A stretch of 24,214 bases of DNA, taken from IMG/VR virus record IMGVR_UViG_3300030372_003039, positions 1-24,214 of that record. The stretch is one strand, 5' to 3'. Shown piece after piece: positions 14,468-23,727 of this stretch. Below the pieces are notes generated by a model. The model ran no database searches. It worked only from the letters and a program-made list of their open reading frames with translations, and was not told the origin of the DNA. Numbering within the stretch: the stretch's first letter is position 1; the number at the start of each line of letters is the position of its first letter. The position numbers were made by a program, and so were the translations under genes. This stretch comes from a virus (Duplodnaviria > Caudoviricetes).

Positions 14468-14628
14468 TGGCTGCTAAGAAAAGCAAGTCCTCTAGCCCAA
14501 AGCCTAAAAACCCTCAGCTTTATGCAAGGGTTAAGGCAGCGGCTAAACGTAAGTTTGACGTATATCCTAGTGCGTATGCAAATGCGTGGTTAGTGCGAGA
14601 ATACAAAAAGCGTGGTGGTAAGTACTAA
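14467..14628 (+). CDS. 53-aa basic protein, DUF5872-like N-half
   Basis: (M)AAKKSKSSSPKPKNPQLYARVKAAAKRKFDVYPSAYANAWLVREYKKRGGKY*; not in ORF track. Confidence 0.7.
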   Translation: MAAKKSKSSSPKPKNPQLYARVKAAAKRKFDVYPSAYANAWLVREYKKRGGKY

Positions 14629-14852
14629 TGGCTAGGAAGCCGACAGGTGGCTTAACAAAATGGTTTAAAGAAGATTGGCGAGATGTTAAGACAGGGAAAA
14701 AATGTGGTCGCAGCGGAAAGAAGGATAAGGGAAGACCTTACCCAGCTTGCCGCCCTAAAGCTCAATCAAAGTCTGCTGCAGCTAAAAAGGCAGCTAAACG
14801 TAAGACGGGGCCAAAGCGAATAAGCTGGAAAACAAAGAAGGGTAAGAAGTAA
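14628..14852 (+). CDS. 74-aa basic protein, DUF5872-like C-half
   Basis: GGLTKWFKEDWRDVKTGKKCGR...YPACRP; TAATG coupling. Confidence 0.7.
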   Translation: MARKPTGGLTKWFKEDWRDVKTGKKCGRSGKKDKGRPYPACRPKAQSKSAAAKKAAKRKTGPKRISWKTKKGKK

Positions 14853-14971
14853 TGCCGATGAGTAAGTATAGCGCTAAGCAGAAGAAGCTTGCTGCAGTTG
14901 CAAAACCACGTAATAAGATTACAGGGGCAGATTTTAAGAAGCTTCGTGCTAGAAAAAGGGGTAAGAAGTAA
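14852..14971 (+). CDS. 39-aa basic microprotein
   Basis: MPMSKYSAKQKKLAAVAKPRNKITGADFKKLRARKRGKK*; TAATG coupling at both ends. Confidence 0.7.
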   Translation: MPMSKYSAKQKKLAAVAKPRNKITGADFKKLRARKRGKK

Positions 14972-15633
14972 TGGCAGACCGAGCTAAGTTTTTAGATTTT
15001 CTTGATATGATTGACGGTGGCGGCGCAGGTCAGCGCGGTAATCAGTTTGAGGGCGGTGGTATATTTAGCATGTTGGCAAATCTTATGCCGATTAACCCGT
15101 ATGGTTCTGAGGACCCAACACGGCGTAGAGCGAGAGATGATTTTTATGGTGGTTTGCTTGGTGATGGTCAGCAAAGTGGAACTATAAGCGCTGCAGAAGC
15201 AGCGGCAACGCCTTCTGTTGTGCGTCAAGATGTAAGCGGAGTGAGGCCAACGGTAATGGTAGGTTCTATGCCTGCTGCGCCACAAAACATGGTGCGGCCT
15301 GAGTTTGGCGTTGGCGGTATGCCTGCTGCGCCACAAAACATGATAGAATCTGGCATAAGGCCAATTAGACCTATGCCAGAGGCGCTGCCTGCTGGTTTAG
15401 CAATGCCAATTTCTTCTTCAAATTTATTTCCCTCAGCTTCTCAAGAGATTGGGCCAAACATTCAGCAGCCAGAGGGAATGATGATGAGCAAGCAACAGTT
15501 TGTTAATTTTATATTGCCTAAGTATAGAGAAGAATATGGTAGAAATCCTACACAGCAGCAGATGGATATGGCTTATAATACGTATATTAGATCAACGCAA
15601 TATTTTGCGAACCCTATGAGTCAGCTTCAGTAA
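14971..15633 (+). CDS. Gly/Pro/Met/Gln-rich low-complexity protein
   Basis: 220-aa ORF coupled at both ends; internal duplication MPAAPQNM. Confidence 0.75.
   Translation: MADRAKFLDFLDMIDGGGAGQRGNQFEGGGIFSMLANLMPINPYGSEDPTRRRARDDFYGGLLGDGQQSGTISAAEAAATPSVVRQDVSGVRPTVMVGSMPAAPQNMVRPEFGVGGMPAAPQNMIESGIRPIRPMPEALPAGLAMPISSSNLFPSASQEIGPNIQQPEGMMMSKQQFVNFILPKYREEYGRNPTQQQMDMAYNTYIRSTQYFANPMSQLQ
15267..15342 (+). repeat. 25-bp direct repeat, 51-bp period
   Basis: TATGCCTGCTGCGCCACAAAACATG at 15267-15291 and 15318-15342. Confidence 0.9.
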
Positions 15634-15923
15634 TGCCCCGACAAAAGGCCATACGTAGGACTACGACAGGTAAAAGTCCTAATTACCGTAAGACAAAAGA
15701 CGGTGCAGGTATGACCCCAGATGGGATAAGGCGTCACAGGGCAGCTAATCCCAAGTCTAAGCTGCAAGGTGCGGTGACAAAGAAAAAGAATTTAACTGAG
15801 AAAGAAAAGGCTAGGCGCAAGTCATATTGTGCTAGGTCAGCAGGTCAAATGAAGAAGTTTCCCAAAGCAGCCAAGAATCCGAATAGTCGTTTGCGGCAAG
15901 CTAGAAAACGATGGAGATGCTAG
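15633..15923 (+). CDS. 96-aa basic protein (DUF6321-like)
   Basis: GAGMTPDG...ARRKSYCARSAG...NSRLRQARKRWRC. Confidence 0.7.
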   Translation: MPRQKAIRRTTTGKSPNYRKTKDGAGMTPDGIRRHRAANPKSKLQGAVTKKKNLTEKEKARRKSYCARSAGQMKKFPKAAKNPNSRLRQARKRWRC

Positions 15924-16544
15924 ATGGCACTTACAACATTCGCAGAACTTAAAGCAAGCATAGCTGATTGGTTAAACAGGAGTGATTTAACTGCTGTTAT
16001 TCCTGATTTTATTACGCTTGCTGAGCATCAAATGGAGCGCGAGGTTCGGCATTATAAAATGATAGAGCGCAGTAATGCTAATCTTGATAGCAGATATAGC
16101 CAAGTTCCGAGTGGCTGGCTTGAGACAATTAGGTTTACGCTCAACACAGGCGATACATATAGGCTAGAGATGGTCAGCATTGATGATCTAAGTGCAAGAC
16201 GCCAGACTAATCAGGACACTGCAGGTAGGCCAAAGTATTACGCGCATGTCGGTGATACGTTTGAACTGCATCCTACGCCAGATACAACTTACGCAACTGA
16301 GCTTGTGTATTATGAAAAGATTGATCCGTTGTCAGATAGCAACACCTCTAATTGGCTGCTTGATACAGCCCCAGATGCATATTTGTATGGGTCATTATTG
16401 CAGGCTGCACCTTATTTATCTGATGATGAAAGAATACCTATTTGGAGTTCTGCTTACGCAGGGGCAGTTGCAAGCCTAAATAGTTCTAGCAATAGAACAC
16501 GACAATCTAGTGGTAATTTAAGGATGAAGATAGCCGCTTACTAA
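15924..16544 (+). CDS. Head-tail adaptor / virion structural protein
   Basis: MALTTFAELKASIADWLNRSDLT...IPDFITLAE...GRPKYY...PTPD...NWLL...PDAYLYGSL is typical of podoviral adaptor proteins. Confidence 0.75.
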   Translation: MALTTFAELKASIADWLNRSDLTAVIPDFITLAEHQMEREVRHYKMIERSNANLDSRYSQVPSGWLETIRFTLNTGDTYRLEMVSIDDLSARRQTNQDTAGRPKYYAHVGDTFELHPTPDTTYATELVYYEKIDPLSDSNTSNWLLDTAPDAYLYGSLLQAAPYLSDDERIPIWSSAYAGAVASLNSSSNRTRQSSGNLRMKIAAY

Positions 16545-16596
16545 AATTAAAAAAATGCGCTATAGTGTGGCGCAGATGCATCTAATGGAGTGATTT

Positions 16597-16980
16597 ATGA
16601 GTTTTAGCGATACATTTGAAACACACGTTTTAAACTACGTGTTTACGGCAACAAGCGTAACGAGGCCGACAGCTTGGTATGTTGGGTTATTTACTGCTGA
16701 TCCTACGGATACTGGGTCAGGCGCAACTGAAATATCTGGTAATAGTTATGTACGTAAGGCAGCTACATTTACTGTATCAGGCAATGCTGCAACTACTTCG
16801 GGTGCAATTGAGTTTACGGCTGCAACGGGTTCTTGGGGTACGATAAGCCACATTGGTATATTTGATGCGTCCTCTAGCGGCAATTTAATTGCGCATAGTA
16901 GTTTATCGGTATCAAAAGCAATTGGCACAGGAGATGTTTTTCGCATTCCTGCTGGCGATATAGACATTACGCTTAATTAA
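16597..16980 (+). CDS. Virion structural (tail-associated) protein
   Basis: WYVGLFTADP...E.SG.SYVR...F.AATGSWGTISH.GIFDA.S.GNL motif; SD GGAG. Confidence 0.75.
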   Translation: MSFSDTFETHVLNYVFTATSVTRPTAWYVGLFTADPTDTGSGATEISGNSYVRKAATFTVSGNAATTSGAIEFTAATGSWGTISHIGIFDASSSGNLIAHSSLSVSKAIGTGDVFRIPAGDIDITLN

Positions 16981-17639
16981 TGCCGTATAGATCAGGATTC
17001 GGCATTGGCACATTTGGCACTGGTGTATTCGGTGTTTCTGGTGCCATTGACGGTTCTGCAACGGTAAGTTTAACGTCTAGTGTCACTGCAAGCGCACAGG
17101 TTATTAAGGTTGGTGCGTCTACAATTACTGCAAGTGCAAGCGTTACGGCTAGCTGTGATGTTGTAACCGATGCGCTAATAAATGTCTTTCTTACATCTAG
17201 TGTAAGCGCAAGTGCAGAAAAGTATGCACAATCAGATGGTTATAGAACGGGTTACGGTTTACGCACCTATGGCACAAGCATATATGGTGAGAATGTAAGC
17301 GTAGAAGCTGGGCTTGTTTCTATTTCTGCAACCTCTAGCGTTTCTGCAAGTGCAAATGTAACGGCTGTTGGCGCTGCTACAATCACTGCAACATCAAGTG
17401 TTTCATCTGGTGGTGAGGGCAGTGTAACAGGTGCGATTAATATACCTTTAACGTCTGCAGTTACAGCAAGTTCTGCAGTTACAAGAAGCGGTACGTCTGC
17501 ACTTGCAATAACATCAAGCTTAGCGGCAAGTGGTAGATTTAAATGGGAAGATGATGCGGAGCCTACAGATACATGGACAGATGCAACTGATGATGGTATT
17601 GTTACGTGGACGGACTCCCCTGTAAGAGAGGCAGCATAA
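16980..17639 (+). CDS. Ser/Thr/Ala-rich repetitive tail-associated protein
   Basis: Recurrent [ILV]xxTSSV[ST]AS units and GxGxxxF/YG segments; acidic W-containing C-terminus. Confidence 0.7.
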   Translation: MPYRSGFGIGTFGTGVFGVSGAIDGSATVSLTSSVTASAQVIKVGASTITASASVTASCDVVTDALINVFLTSSVSASAEKYAQSDGYRTGYGLRTYGTSIYGENVSVEAGLVSISATSSVSASANVTAVGAATITATSSVSSGGEGSVTGAINIPLTSAVTASSAVTRSGTSALAITSSLAASGRFKWEDDAEPTDTWTDATDDGIVTWTDSPVREAA

Positions 17640-17649
17640 GGAAAGAGTT

Positions 17650-18516
17650 ATGGCAGATACAACAACAACTACATATAGTTTAACCAAACCAGAGGTTGGT
17701 GCTTCAGAGGATACATGGGGTACTAAAATTAATAATAATTTAGATTCACTTGATGATCTGCTAGATGGCACAACCCCTGTTACTGGCATAGACATAAACA
17801 GTGGCGCGATTGACGGCACGCCGATTGGCGCAAACTCCGCTAGTACTGGCGCGTTTAGCACAATAGTTGGCACAACGCTAAATCTAAGCACTGGCCTTGC
17901 AGCCAACTTAGATCAAAACGGTTATGATTTTGTCACATCTTCTAACGCAGACCTAGACCTTGCGCCCAACGGAACTGGTAAAGTTGTTGTTCGAGGCAAT
18001 ACAAACTCAGGTAAGATTGTGCTTAATTGTGAGAACAATAGCCACGGCGTAACACTTGCAAGCCCACCGCACAGCGCAAGCGCAACCTATGAGGTGGCAT
18101 TGCCAAACGCGCTAGGCACAACAAATGCAAGCGCAGTTGTTACAGCTGATGCAAATGGTGTTACAACGTTTGACAATGGCACGATTGAAGAGAGCACATC
18201 GGTTACATCTAGCTCCAACGCAGCTACGTTAAACCTACGTGATGGCAATGTGTTTGAGCATACGCTGACTGAGAATGTAACGTATACGTTTAGCAATCCA
18301 GCGGCATCTGGCAAGGTATCAAGCTTTGTACTGAAGATAAAGCAGGATGCGTCTGGCTCAGGTTACACGGTGACATTTCCAGCCAGTGTTGACTTTGTGG
18401 GTGGTACTGCACCTACGCTTACGGCTACAGCAAATGCGATTGATACGTTTGTGATTTTTACCACAGACGGTGGCACGATATATAATCTGTTGGTGGCTGG
18501 TCAGGATATAAAATAA
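17650..18516 (+). CDS. Tail fibre protein
   Basis: N-terminal anchor [25 protein letters not shown]; C-terminal TFSNP..SG...SF.LKI.QDA.G...FP domain. Confidence 0.75.
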   Translation: MADTTTTTYSLTKPEVGASEDTWGTKINNNLDSLDDLLDGTTPVTGIDINSGAIDGTPIGANSASTGAFSTIVGTTLNLSTGLAANLDQNGYDFVTSSNADLDLAPNGTGKVVVRGNTNSGKIVLNCENNSHGVTLASPPHSASATYEVALPNALGTTNASAVVTADANGVTTFDNGTIEESTSVTSSSNAATLNLRDGNVFEHTLTENVTYTFSNPAASGKVSSFVLKIKQDASGSGYTVTFPASVDFVGGTAPTLTATANAIDTFVIFTTDGGTIYNLLVAGQDIK

Positions 18517-20444
18517 TGAACATATCAACTAAATTATTGAAAGCAGCGGCTGGCTCGGCTGGTGGTGCTGGTCTTGATGTAGACGAGGTGTTCAGCACGT
18601 TTTTGTATAACGGGGATGGAACAGATAGAACTTTTGACTTAGGTATAAATTTGTCTGGAGAGGGAGGTTTGACTTGGATTAAAAGCAGAAATGTAGTTTC
18701 TAGTTCTGACCATCATTTGTATGACACAGAAAGAGGGTCTAGCTATGCCCTTAAATCAAATTCAACTTCTAGTAGTTCATTTCAAGGCAATACCTCTTGG
18801 GCAGCTACAAGCACTGGATTTAGCGTTGATAATGGTTTTGTTCCTAATTATTCAACTGATGATTACGTCTCTTGGACATTTCGGAAAGCCCCTAAATTTT
18901 TTGATGTTTTGACATATACTGGGGATGGAAATGATGGTAGAACTATAAGTCATAATCTTGGGTCAACCCCAGGCATGATTATTGTAGCAAGAAGAGACAG
19001 TACAAATTACTGGAGAACTTGGCATAGATCACAAACAGGTAAATATGCTAATTTATATGATACAGGAGCTTTTGCTTCGGACAGTGCTAGTAATGGAGTG
19101 TTTAACAATTATTCAGGTAACGACAGCACGTTTACGGCAGGTATAAATATTAACGCCAACAGCGCAACCTACGTAGCCTACCTATTCGCACACAATGACA
19201 GTGGTGACGGTGGGTTCGGCCCTGATAGTGACCAAGACATTATCAAGTGTGGGAGTTATACTGGTAATGGTTCTAGCACTGGTCCTGAGATTGACTTAGG
19301 GTTTGAGCCTCAGTGGATTTTACAAAAGTCAGCGACTGTATCTAATACAGATTGGGCCATTGCTGACGTTATGCGTGGATTTACAGTCGATGGAGTGTAT
19401 CAAAGACTTAGACCTAACAGAAACAGTGCAGAGGGTAGCGAAACCCAACTTGCCCCTACTTCAACAGGTTTTAAAGTTGTAGGAACAGCGTCTGATGTAA
19501 ATACAAATGGAGAAACCTACATATACATGGCAATCCGCAGAGGCCCACTAGCTGCACCTACTGATGCGACTAAGGTTTTTACACCTGTGCTTGGCGATGG
19601 GTCTGGCATACCTTCTATTAAAACAACCAATCATATAACTGATTTTGGAATTGCCTTTAATAAAACAGGCGGTGGTTCTGTAGTTGGCACAAGACTTCAA
19701 GGCACAAACCAGTTAAAAACTCACACCAATGGTGCAGAGGCTACTAACTCTTATTTTAATTGGGATTTCCAAAATGGTTGGCATACATGGACAGGATTAA
19801 ACACCGACTATATAAATTGGAATTGGAAGCGTGCACCCTCGTATTTCGATGTGGTTGCATACACAGGCACAGGAAGCGCAAGAACTCTAAGCCATAATCT
19901 TGGTGTAGCACCTGAGATGATGTGGATTAAGTGCCGTAGTGACAGTCAGGATTGGGCTGTCTATCATAACAACATAGATAGTAGTGCTCCTGAAGACTAT
20001 GGTATATATTTAAATGATACCGCATCAAGAGTAAACTCAGCAAACTTTTGGAATGACACTGCACCAACATCGTCAGTGTTTACTGTAGGAACAGCTGGAA
20101 AAACAAATGGAAATACAAAAACCTACATAGCCTACCTTTTTGCTACCGTAGCAGGTGTAAGCAAGGTGGGGAATTTTACAATCTCAGGAAGCGATATAAC
20201 TGTGGATTGTGGGTTTAGTAGTGGTGCTAGGTTTGTTTTAATTAAACGTAGTAGCGGCACAGATGATTGGTATGTATTTGATACAGTAAGAGGATATGTT
20301 TCTGGCTCGGGTGACGCAGCCCTTAAATTAAATAGCACTGCCGCAGAAAGTTCACTGAATATGATAGACCCTCATGCAAGCGGTTTTTCTCTTAGGTCTG
20401 CTGCTTGGTATAACGGTGATTACATTTTCTATGCGGTGAGTTGA
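18516..20444 (+). CDS. Tail fibre / receptor-binding protein with repeated beta domains
   Basis: Repeated FDVxxYTGxG..R..SHNLG..P.M...K, YVAYLFA and D.GF modules; 642 aa. Confidence 0.75.
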   Translation: MNISTKLLKAAAGSAGGAGLDVDEVFSTFLYNGDGTDRTFDLGINLSGEGGLTWIKSRNVVSSSDHHLYDTERGSSYALKSNSTSSSSFQGNTSWAATSTGFSVDNGFVPNYSTDDYVSWTFRKAPKFFDVLTYTGDGNDGRTISHNLGSTPGMIIVARRDSTNYWRTWHRSQTGKYANLYDTGAFASDSASNGVFNNYSGNDSTFTAGININANSATYVAYLFAHNDSGDGGFGPDSDQDIIKCGSYTGNGSSTGPEIDLGFEPQWILQKSATVSNTDWAIADVMRGFTVDGVYQRLRPNRNSAEGSETQLAPTSTGFKVVGTASDVNTNGETYIYMAIRRGPLAAPTDATKVFTPVLGDGSGIPSIKTTNHITDFGIAFNKTGGGSVVGTRLQGTNQLKTHTNGAEATNSYFNWDFQNGWHTWTGLNTDYINWNWKRAPSYFDVVAYTGTGSARTLSHNLGVAPEMMWIKCRSDSQDWAVYHNNIDSSAPEDYGIYLNDTASRVNSANFWNDTAPTSSVFTVGTAGKTNGNTKTYIAYLFATVAGVSKVGNFTISGSDITVDCGFSSGARFVLIKRSSGTDDWYVFDTVRGYVSGSGDAALKLNSTAAESSLNMIDPHASGFSLRSAAWYNGDYIFYAVS

Positions 20445-20446
20445 GC

Positions 20447-20977
20447 ATGACAAGTTGTAAATACAAAAAAGCCTACATTCAGCATAAGTCTAACGCCAAG
20501 CAGCGTGGCATAGAAATGCGTATGAAGTTTGATGAGTGGAAAGATGTTTGGGTGCAGTCTGGCTTGTGGGATCAGCGTGGAGTGGGTGCAGAGAAATACT
20601 GCATGTGCCGTCACAATGATCAAGGTCATTACGAAGCGGGTAATGTGTTCATTGCAACCAATAGCAGCAATTTGCATGACGGTAATATTGGCAAAGTATT
20701 GTCGGATGAAACAAAAGCCAAGATTGCAGAGGCTAGGATAGGCAAAGAACGTATTGATCTGCAAGGAGACAACAACCCCATGCGCAGCCCAGAGGCTAAA
20801 GCAAAAATCTCTGCGGCAGTTGGTGGTTCTAACAATTACAGAGCCAAGCAAGTCATATCGCCATTTGGTGAATACGGATCAACAACAGAGGCCGCAAAGG
20901 ATTTAGACATTCCATCGACTACAATTCAATGGCGTTGTCGGCATAATAAAGATGGATGGTCATACGCAATCGCATAA
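20447..20977 (+). mobile_element. Free-standing HNH-like homing endonuclease with NUMOD3-like and terminal HTH domains
   Basis: KSNAKQRGIE...CMCRHNDQGHYEAGNV..TN..N nuclease; GKVLSDETKAKIAEARIGK and NNPM.SPEAKAKIS NUMOD3-like; YGSTTEAAKDLDIPSTTIQWRC HTH; inserted in the tail operon. Confidence 0.75.
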
Positions 20978-21004
20978 TCAACTGACAAAAAGGAGTATCA
21001 ACTG

Positions 21005-21505
21005 ATGTCAGAATACAGAGAAAGAAAAACAGGTGAAGTTAAAAGCCAAGGCGAATGGAGAGCGGCATTTCCGCAAATGTCATTGCCTAGAGTATGGGGC
21101 GCAAATGTCTGTGACGCTATGAACATTGACCCAGTGTTAGCAAGCCCTGCCGCTACAACTAGTGCATATCAAACAAGTGTACGTGATGGTGTTGAGCAAG
21201 ACAGTAAAGGCAACTGGGTTGAGAAGTATGTAGCCAAAGATATGTTTGCTGATACAACTGATGAAGATGGCAAGAAGACCACTAAAGCAGAACATGAGGC
21301 AGCGTATCAGGCAACGCTAGATGCGACTACAGCGGCAGGGCATAGAGCCACAAGAGATGCAAAGCTTGCAGAGACAGATTTCTACGCATTATCAGACGTT
21401 ACAATGTCGAGCGACATGACCACGTATCGCCAAGCGTTGCGAGATATTACAACGCATGAAAACTGGCCTAATTTAGAAGATGCTGACTGGCCTACGAAAC
21501 CTTAA
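21005..21505 (+). CDS. Tail fibre assembly chaperone
   Basis: C-terminal R..RD.KLAETD...YRQALRDIT...WPTKP signature; SD AAGGAG. Confidence 0.8.
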   Translation: MSEYRERKTGEVKSQGEWRAAFPQMSLPRVWGANVCDAMNIDPVLASPAATTSAYQTSVRDGVEQDSKGNWVEKYVAKDMFADTTDEDGKKTTKAEHEAAYQATLDATTAAGHRATRDAKLAETDFYALSDVTMSSDMTTYRQALRDITTHENWPNLEDADWPTKP

Positions 21506-21522
21506 TGGGGGAGACATGGTAG

Positions 21523-23004
21523 ATGCCTTTAATACCCCTACAGATACCAAAAGGAGTGTATCGCAACGGCACTGAGTATATGGCTCAAGGCAGGTGGCGT
21601 GACGCAAACCTAGTCAGATGGCATGAAGATGCCTTACGTCCTATTGGTGGTTGGCAACAGCGTGGCACAGTAGATTTTACTGGCGCAGTAAGAGGAATGC
21701 TTGCTTGGGAAGATAACTCAGGTAATCGGTATGTTGCTGCAGGTATGCATGATGCGCTAAAGGTTATGACTTCTGGCAATACTATATATGACATAACGCC
21801 TACTGTTGGCTTTACATCTGGTAGAGTTACAGCTTCAACTAATGCAGGTTTTGGTGGTGGCACGTATGGCAATGAGTATTACGGCACGCCACGTTCTGAT
21901 ACTGGTGTAATACTTTCAGCTACAACTTGGTCATTGGATAACTGGGGTGAGTATTTACTAGCTTGTTCTACAGATGACGGTAAGATTTTAGAATGGCAGC
22001 TAGGATCAGGTGCAGATGCTGCAGCGCTAGCTAATGCACCAACCAGCAATACTGCTATGATGGTAACTGAAGAAAGATTTGTGTTTGCGCTAGGTGCAGG
22101 AGGTAATCCAAGAAAAGTGCAGTTTTCTGATAGAGAAAACAATACAGTATGGGCAGCAGCAGCTACTAATCAGGCTGGTGATATTGAGCTACAAACAAAC
22201 GGCACAATCTTGGCTGGGCTTAGAACCAGAGGCCAAGCGCTTATTTTGACAGATCAAGATGCACATACAGCAACATATCAAGGCCCACCCTTTGTATATG
22301 GTTTTGAGCGTGTTGGTACTTCTTGCGGATTAACTGCACCAAAAGCAGCAGCATCTATTGACGCTGGTGTTATCTGGATGGGGCGCAGAAGTTTCTTTAT
22401 TTACTCAGGTGGCGCTGTAACAGAAATACCATGTGAAGTTGGCGATTATGTATTTAGCGACATGAATAATGATCAACGCAGTAAGATAGCCGCAATACCA
22501 AATTCACAGTGGAATGAGATATGGTGGTTTTATCCTAGTAGCGGCTCAACAGAATGTGATCGTTATGTCGTGTATGATTATGTAGAAAACATTTGGACTA
22601 TAGGTCAGTTAGATAGAACGTCTGGGGTAGATAGTGGCGTATTTAGAGACCCACTTTGGGTTGACGCTGATGGCGATGTTTTTGAGCATGAGATTGGCAA
22701 TACCTATAGTGGCGGCACACCATTTGCAGAAACAGGTCCAATTGCGATTGGTGCAGGTGATAGATTAATGCGTGTCACTAGTCTTATTCCTGATGAGAAA
22801 ACGCAGGGTGACGTAACGGCAAAGTTTAAAACAAGATTTTATCCTAATGCAAGCGAAACAGAGCATGGACCTTTTACTATGTCTAATCCAACAGACGTTC
22901 GTTTTACTGGCAGACAGGTTAGGATGCGCGTTGAAGGTGCAAGAAGTGCAGATTGGCGTGTTGGTATTATGCGGCTTGAGGCAAAGGCTGGTGGAAAAAG
23001 ATGA
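21523..23004 (+). CDS. Tail nozzle / DNA-stabilisation protein (P22 gp10-like)
   Basis: 493 aa, beta-propeller-like; GTSCG...AA....V.WMG...F and NEIWWFYP motifs; precedes ejection genes. Confidence 0.7.
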   Translation: MPLIPLQIPKGVYRNGTEYMAQGRWRDANLVRWHEDALRPIGGWQQRGTVDFTGAVRGMLAWEDNSGNRYVAAGMHDALKVMTSGNTIYDITPTVGFTSGRVTASTNAGFGGGTYGNEYYGTPRSDTGVILSATTWSLDNWGEYLLACSTDDGKILEWQLGSGADAAALANAPTSNTAMMVTEERFVFALGAGGNPRKVQFSDRENNTVWAAAATNQAGDIELQTNGTILAGLRTRGQALILTDQDAHTATYQGPPFVYGFERVGTSCGLTAPKAAASIDAGVIWMGRRSFFIYSGGAVTEIPCEVGDYVFSDMNNDQRSKIAAIPNSQWNEIWWFYPSSGSTECDRYVVYDYVENIWTIGQLDRTSGVDSGVFRDPLWVDADGDVFEHEIGNTYSGGTPFAETGPIAIGAGDRLMRVTSLIPDEKTQGDVTAKFKTRFYPNASETEHGPFTMSNPTDVRFTGRQVRMRVEGARSADWRVGIMRLEAKAGGKR

Positions 23005-23345
23005 GGGTTATCCCACCACTTACACAAAATGTATCTCAGTGGGGTGAGAATCTTAGACGCTATCTTGCGAGTGCTCTTAATCAGCTAGATGCAAAAGAAA
23101 CAGATTCTGCTGCAGCAGAGGATGGTGTTTTGCTTTGGGATAGAACAAAGAAATATGTTGTTGTTTCTTCTGCAAATGCATTTCGGCAAGTTGCAACACA
23201 GCAGCCAGCACCAGCTTCAAGTGTTGGCGCTGCTGGGGATGTTGCTAATATGATCGCTTGGGATACAAATTATATATATATTTGCACAGGTTCTTATGAT
23301 GGCGCTGCAGCTATTTGGAAACGTGTTGCCTTGAGTACGTTTTAG
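23001..23345 (+). CDS. Virion-associated hypothetical protein
   Basis: ATGA coupling; SSVGAAGD..IAWDTNYIYIC....WKRVALS motif of tail-related proteins. Confidence 0.7.
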   Translation: MRVIPPLTQNVSQWGENLRRYLASALNQLDAKETDSAAAEDGVLLWDRTKKYVVVSSANAFRQVATQQPAPASSVGAAGDVANMIAWDTNYIYICTGSYDGAAAIWKRVALSTF

Positions 23346-23349
23346 TTAA

Positions 23350-23727
23350 ATGAATGATATGTCACACATAAGCGAGATAGACAGATGCCAGTCTTGGATA
23401 GAGGCTGCGCTTGAGTATTCGGGTGGCACGCACAGTCTTTCTGATGTGATTGAGGGCATTACTTCTGGCAAGATGCAGTTGTGGCCTGCGCCAAAGGGGT
23501 GCATAGTGACAGAAATTGTGGTATATCCTAGAAAAAAGATGTTAAATGTGTTTTTAGGTGGTGGTGAGCTAGATCAGCTTTTGGATATGCACAAAGATGT
23601 GATAGCATGGTCTAAAGCACAAGGATGCGAAGCTGTAACGATAACAGGACGTTTTGGATGGAAAAAACCTTTAAAAGCACACGGTTGGAAACCAATGCAT
23701 GCGTCATTTATTAAGGAGATTGGATAA
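23350..23727 (+). CDS. GNAT-like morphogenesis protein (P22 gp14/T7 gp13 position)
   Basis: AQGCEAVTITGRFGWKK motif; lies between nozzle and ejection proteins. Confidence 0.6.
   Translation: MNDMSHISEIDRCQSWIEAALEYSGGTHSLSDVIEGITSGKMQLWPAPKGCIVTEIVVYPRKKMLNVFLGGGELDQLLDMHKDVIAWSKAQGCEAVTITGRFGWKKPLKAHGWKPMHASFIKEIG

Noticed and set aside
18516-20444. Diversity-generating retroelement acting on the fibre
   Set aside because: No reverse transcriptase or adenine-specific TR/VR pair seen; the repeats are diverged protein-domain repeats
20421-20977. Group I intron around the endonuclease
   Set aside because: No non-coding room for a ribozyme core; the ORF fills the whole insertion
23689-23697. 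AAACCAATG copy in a late gene
   Set aside because: Encodes KPM near the ORF end, 30 nt from the next start; one chance copy is plausible
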